Shown here piece by piece: positions 21,878 to 27,544 of a stretch of DNA of 27,544 nt (the first letter of the stretch is position 1; each line of letters opens with the position of its first letter). The stretch comes from Seison nebaliae (Eukaryota): the NCBI GenBank assembly GCA_023231475.1, contig JALJEE010000561.1, forward strand, positions 62,001 through 89,544, given 5' to 3'. The position numbers and the translations under genes are program-made. Under the pieces are notes generated by a model. That model was not told the DNA's origin and made no database searches. It was given only the letters and a program-made list of their open reading frames with translations.

Positions 21878-23956
21878 TTATCGCCGATCTCGAAAGTAAC
21901 CACCATCTCCATTCCAGTATTTCGTCCAACCTGGTAAATTGAATTTGGAATGTCGATTCCGAATCTCATGTTCATTTTCGATAGATTCATCTGTAAAATC
22001 TGTGAAGAGTATTAACATTTTAAAAGAGGAAAAATTCATTAACCTCCCAAATGGTTATGATAATTTGTTAGTTCATTCAAGTTCATCATCGACCCTTCTG
22101 GTGATCGGATATTAGTAAATTCTTTATGAATACTATTTTTCAATGGAGGCGGTTCTAAAATGTACGTTGTCTGACGTATATGTTCCTCATGTTTTCTGGA
22201 AATGGAATTCTTTTCGATTAATTCTATTCCGTCTTCATTCTTCGGTAAGACAATTATCGGGGATTTTTGTATGTCGTTTAACTCTGTTGAATTGACATTT
22301 GATTCTAATAAAATCTTCTCGGGACGTAATCCGTTGTTGACGGAACTATTGTCTGATTTTGGAGATGGTGGAGTCGTCGGTTTAGGAGGAGGTTGTGCAG
22401 TAACAGATTTGGATGGAATTTGTATTTTGATTTTTTCTTCTTTCCCATTATCTTTCGCTGCCAAAAGTAATCTTTTACTAATGTTATTCTTTGGAATTTT
22501 ATCTTCTGGCATCTTCTCGAAATCTGAAAAATGAATGACACAAATTAAACAAACCATAAAAAACGATAACTATTCAACGATGCATCATAACAAATTTTAT
22601 TTGGCGCTATACGATTAAAACGATTAGCATGTTCCGGAGGCAATAACGACATATCGAAATTTTTATATTTTCCCGTAGTTCCACCATAACATCCCAGACA
22701 TGCACAACATGTGCCGCAACAACGTTGAGACGAGCAAGATCCTTTTTTAGAAAAATAAATAAATAAAAATTTAATGTAGGTAAAATTTTCTTTTTTCAAA
22801 AATATCGAACCATATGGTCCGATTAGACAATCATTTTGACTTCCACATCGTCGGCAGAATGAATAGTTCCTGCATCTCGAACAATGCCAAACTAGCCAGC
22901 CAGGACGCCAACAACAATAATATAACAGAATAAGAAGTAGTAAACCACCAATAATACCTGTGGGATGAATGAGAAGTAGAAGTTGGAAGAATTATGGAAA
23001 GAGTACCGCAAATTAGATAAATTAAGAAATAATTCGGTCTTGGTTTCAAATTCGGATCGACAGTACTGGTAGAAGTGGTAAAGAATTCCGTTACTTGTCC
23101 CACTACCAAGTGAGAAATTTTATCATTTTCATAGAACAATCAAGTGAACCTCGACAATTTCCTGGAAAAACACCGATCAAATCACCATATTGGTCATCAC
23201 CACAATTGGGACTGAAAGCTGAGTCGCATCTCATTTGTGCATCGATACATCGACGAGAAAATGGTTCGCAAGAAAATTGACTGAATAATGTTGTGTCACA
23301 TTGTCCGATATGGTATGAGAATATATCGATAGCGAATGTTAATTTAGCATTGGAAGCACTTTCATGATCGATCGAGAATGAAATTAGAAAAAATTTAGTA
23401 ATAATCATAAAAAAACCCCATATATACGATGATTCTGAATTTCCTGTTATTTCGTCCATCTCTAATTGGAGAAACATTGGGAGCACTACCACATACCTTC
23501 CCATAAACGCTAGCTGATAAATTGTTTCAAAGATGTTGATAAATGAAATTAACTTGAGTCCGAGTTGAATGCAAGTGTGTCATCGTTCATTTGGAGAACT
23601 TCCACGTTGGCAACATCGCAATTATCATTGGGAGTGAGAACCAAACTAAATTTATTTGGTAGTAACTCATCTTTACGAATGTTAATTTCCGTCAACTCAT
23701 CATAATATCCTAGTGCCCATTCTCTTTTCAATTCAATATTTATTGTACAAATGGCTATTCGATTAATCGTACCAGAAATTGAGAAACCCCAATCAGCCTC
23801 ATATGTCTCCTCGTTGTTATTGGCACAAAGTGTTGATAAATCGACTAAGAATAATTATTAAAAATATGTAAATTATCGAATAGTAGAACTTATCTTAAGG
23901 GCATCAACTGAATAATGGACGAATACGAATAGGCAGATATAAATTGAGATAATCAT
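21878..23956 (-). CDS. Type I membrane protein (signal peptide, CUB-like region, LDLa-like module, TM helix, Cys-rich juxtamembrane segment, disordered tail), about 559 aa; exons 23956-23890, 23844-23554, 23513-23417, 23358-23150, 23102-23007, 22957-22811, 22741-22571, 22523-22044, 21999-21878
   Basis: Signal-like MIISIYICLFVFVHYSVDA; a four-Cys region ending KVCG...FRIIVY; six-Cys CDTTLFSQFSCEPFSRRCIDAQMRCDSAFSPNCGDD...GNC; TM YFLIYLICGIIGGLLLLILLYY formed across a splice junction. Eight introns of 40-69 nt give a 1680-nt open frame. The CUB call is weak. Confidence 0.72.
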
Positions 23957-24886
23957 TCCAAATCATGAAAGAAGGAATGTTTCAGGAAAAAGGTAGTTTG
24001 AAAGAAAAATTAATTTTCTACAATTATTCTCCCGTTCTAAAGTTCTAAACATTCAAAAATTTGCCTTCGTCAAAATAAAACACTTGAATTTATTAATTTT
24101 TAGGTAAATTACCTAATTGACTCATCTTAATAATGAGAAGAATGGACTTGAATTATTTTGATGGAAAGTATTAGGGGAGATGTGTAGAAAACAAAATTTG
24201 CCTCAAACAAATTTCATTTCTGAAAGTTATTCTTAAAGGAAAATTTCTATTACGAAATTATTATTAGATTTCCTACTTTAAACTCTCAAAATTTTCAATT
24301 TCCAAATTTTGATGATTCTCTTTCGGATTGTTATCAATCATAATAAGAACAATTTATTTGTTATATATCTTATTCCGTACACAGGAAATTATGTGACTCT
24401 ATTAAATATTTCTTTCCAATATCAAAATTTGGAAGTTTCAAATAACTTTTCAAATGTCATAAAACATAGAATTTACTCGTTCATTAACTCATTTGACTGG
24501 AGACAAAATGTCATGATATTTTTTATCGTGAATTATTCCATATTATTCATGTTTATCCCGACGGGCATGTTACTTAAAACTTACAACTCTTACAACTTGT
24601 AAGACAGATAACAATTTCACAGTTCTATCAATCAACAATTTTCTATTCCGGAAATTAAACAATTCCCGACATTGTTTGAATCAAATTATACTTTGTCATT
24701 TTTCGATAATGATTTTTATTGAAATTATGAGAAAAATAAATGTAATTTTAAATTTATCGGAATAAAGTTAACTGTTAATTAATAAGTGGATGGAGGGATT
24801 ATAATATTAGATCTTGTTCACATTATTATTGTGAATGCATTCAAAATTTATCTTCGTTCACATTTTATGTGGAGTGATTGGATTGT

Positions 24887-26707
24887 TTACAAGGAGTGCA
24901 ATATGAAGAAGAATTGTTGAATAACTATGTTGTCGCATGGATGAAGATCGGCTTTACAAAACAATTCAGTCATCTCATAAAAATTTAAGAATATGAATCT
25001 TCGTTTTACATCCTCATTTTCGTGCTGTAACAACAACCATAAATAATAGAGAAATCGAGAGTTCATGAATTGCAGGTACTCCGTGCCCAATTCCAGAGCC
25101 TGTTTCATATAAGAACTATAAGGTGTATTTAGGTATTGAGCGCCTATATGTTTCCGTGGTTGCTTACCGGCACCTTTATACAGAACCTTAATGTGAGGTA
25201 TCTCTTTAAGTAGTTGAACCACCATGGCGGTTAAAGATTGAAGACGTTTCATGTAATATTGATAAGAGACGGCTGCTGGATGATTATCATAGTTTATAAC
25301 GATAACATGTGGAATCGGTTGTTTGTTTCGATAATCTGTCATGATATTTTTCAGATAATATTCAATATCTTTATGTATATCAAAATCTGTCGCATGACGA
25401 ATTGGTGGTCCATGAAGTTGATAAGTTAAATTGAAATGTAAACCGAATATATCTCGCGCAACGATATTGGTGTGAGCTTTCGCATCTACCCATTGAATGA
25501 TCTGCAATCTGAACAATTTGTAGAAAATGTGAATGAATTGTCGAAGGGTAGAGTCTCCAATGAACAAGATATTTCGACCTTTCACTTGGTCTCGAATGTA
25601 TGGATTGAGAGCAATCGTCTTCACATTCTCCAAACTTTCCGCACTATAATTTAAGATTACACGGGTGAAGTTCTCGTAGAATTCGTACCAGTTCTCAAAT
25701 GTTGTTCCGTCATTCACGAAATAGGTACAATGTTTGAACATCCACAAATTGTTAATATAGAATCCTTGGGAGAGTATGTCGTTCATAAAAATTCGATAAA
25801 GATTTCGAATCGAATCATTATGACTGATATTCGGATAGAAGTTCTCAATTCTCATTCCGCTATAAAACGTGTTACATAAAGGCACTTTAATACGTTTCTT
25901 CCTTTGAATGTTTCTCTCCGTCTGATTATCTTCTACGACCTTAAAATGTTTTTTAGAATTTTCAAAAAAATATTTATTGGTAAAATATCGTTGATATTGG
26001 TGAGTTTCTTTATTGGAAATCGGTCTCATATTTTGCACGTAAACGAATTTTCGATTGGTATGACAATAACCATCCACTTTCTCACAATAGAATTGACTGT
26101 ATTCCGTACTTCGATTACAGTACATGCTGTTCCATTTTGGGTATACTGTTACGCTACAGATTGCCTTCCTATCATTTTAAATTTTACTAATCTAATCGAA
26201 TGGATTATCGAAGACAAACTTGCGGTTTCTTGAGGCTGGAATGTAAAATTCATATCGCTCTACCAAATACCATTTAAATATAATATCTAACACTTCATTG
26301 GGAAGCCAATTTGTTTGCTTTTCATAAACAGTTCTACGAAAACAATTTTCGATATTTAAATACTTACAAACATAACACTCCTCCAAAGCAGACGCAGAAG
26401 AATGTAATTTTATGGAATAATTTTGCTTATTTGTTTCTTCCAATAAATCAAAAGATTTTGGATAAATAATTTCTCTGGCGAGTTTGGAAGAATTGATAAG
26501 TTTAGTGTCTTGCATTGAAAATTGTTTGTCGTCAAATTTGGAAGAATTGATAAGTTTAATGTCTTGGATCGGAGATTGTTTATTATTAAGTTTGGAAGAG
26601 AAAATTGTAATATTCGAGTATGGAAACCAATTGGTAAAATAATAAAGAAGTATGATTAGTAGAATAATGACGATATATAGCCGCCTGTAACATTTGGGAA
26701 ATTTCAT
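24887..26707 (-). CDS. NXPE-family (neurexophilin/PC-esterase) type II membrane protein, about 589 aa; exons 26707-26220 and 26168-24887
   Basis: N-terminal signal anchor LYIVIILLIILLYYF; Cys block ICSV...YCN...FYCEKVDGYC; ILFIGDSTLRQF (GDS at 25550-25558); HGPPIR; YEMT...DLHP. A 51-nt intron (26169-26219) joins the two ORFs in frame. Confidence 0.85.
26481..26599 (-). repeat. 54-nt (18-aa) tandem duplication in the NXPE stalk, about 2.2 copies
   Basis: Units 26481-26534 and 26535-26588 encode KQSPIQDIKLINSSKFDD and KQFSMQDTKLINSSKL. Confidence 0.9.
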
Positions 26708-26810
26708 TTTCTTTGATAAAATAGGAAATTTCGTCAGAAATTTTATAATATTTCATCTGTTGTTCCGTAGATCTCATTCAAAACTTGTTTGCAAGGTCGG
26801 TTAATTTCAC

Positions 26811-26861
26811 TTACATCATTATAATGATGTAATCATCGGTTTTGAATGAATTCATTCAAAA
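26811..26861. repeat. Two adjacent perfect 22-bp palindromes
   Basis: ttacatcatta|taatgatgtaa (26811-26832) and ttttgaatgaa|ttcattcaaaa (26840-26861). Confidence 0.9.
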
Positions 26862-27262
26862 AAAACAAATTACATATACGATGAATAGTAATCTCTATTG
26901 ATACTGAATAATAGTCGTTAGAAAATGAACAGATATCCAGATTGAATGAACAATTGTCTTCAGTTGATGAAGTTTGTTAATTAATCGATTATTTGACGAC
27001 GATTTTTAAATCTATTTTTCTCGTTAGAACTATGAGAAAGAGCTTGAATTGGGCTATCTAACGGTATGCTCCTTTAAGCGAATAGTCGAAATGTCGAATA
27101 GGGTGACCCTATAGTATAGGGTCTACTATTAGTCTATACTGAAATAGGTAGGCAAGATGATTGTTATGGTTACGGGTTAACTACCGGGTTAAATATTGAC
27201 ATTATAATAATTATATAATATATAATATATATTATATATTATACTATATTGTATACTATATA

Positions 27263-27345
27263 TATGGTATGTATTTTCTATATACAATTCTGTATAAAAA
27301 ATTATTAAATATATATAGAATTGTATATAAAAAATACATATCATA
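27263..27345. repeat. 34-bp inverted repeat with a 15-nt loop inside a TA-rich tract
   Basis: 27263-27296 pairs with 27312-27345: 31 Watson-Crick pairs, 2 G-T pairs and 1 C-A mismatch on the plus strand. Confidence 0.9.
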
Positions 27346-27544
27346 CAATATATTGTATTAACGAGTTTTTTCGCTTTTCGACGACAATATAGAAGAAATA
27401 CGACGAGGAAGAAATGGCTTCTCGATTCTCTGAAATTCACAAAACGCTTCGGGACATTATTGAATCGAAAAGTGTTTGTATTTCGAATGATCGTGAGGAT
27501 GTAGTAATGAATACTTCTTCTAACGACATAGATCTTCCAAATCT

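Noticed and set aside
27165..27192. Telomere-like GGGTTA words
   Set aside because: Only two non-tandem copies are present.
27189..27440. 83-aa minus-strand ORF rich in Tyr and Ile
   Set aside because: It is a translation of TA-rich low-complexity DNA that contains the hairpin.
1..27544. CRISPR arrays, tRNA or rRNA genes, prokaryotic operons
   Set aside because: I saw no repeat-spacer arrays, cloverleaf motifs or rRNA-like sequence, and the genes are spliced and eukaryotic.

Overview
This is AT-rich, gene-dense eukaryotic DNA, almost certainly from an animal with a compact genome (it carries CABIT- and NXPE-family genes and mostly 40-72 nt introns). I cannot establish the species from the sequence. 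Nine protein-coding genes can be assembled by hand, and every spliced model closes in frame: a 5'-incomplete ATG2 (+), a CABIT/GAREM-like gene (+), an unknown low-complexity ORF (-), TSEN34 (-) head-to-head with COG6 (+), an extended synaptotagmin with 13 exons (-), ISCA2 (+), a CUB-like/LDLa single-pass membrane protein (-) and an NXPE-family protein (-). A dead, 5'-truncated LINE with a poly(A) tail sits just upstream of the E-Syt start. The strongest unusual signal is in the splice sites: 26 of 27 inferred introns begin GTT rather than the usual GTA/GTG, with little conservation at +4 to +6, which points to a divergent 5' splice-site code. Other points are a 21-nt micro-exon, an ATG2 that appears to lack its ATG_C end, a 34-bp hairpin and perfect palindromes upstream of genes. 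All gene models and family calls were made by eye, without alignments or RNA data.
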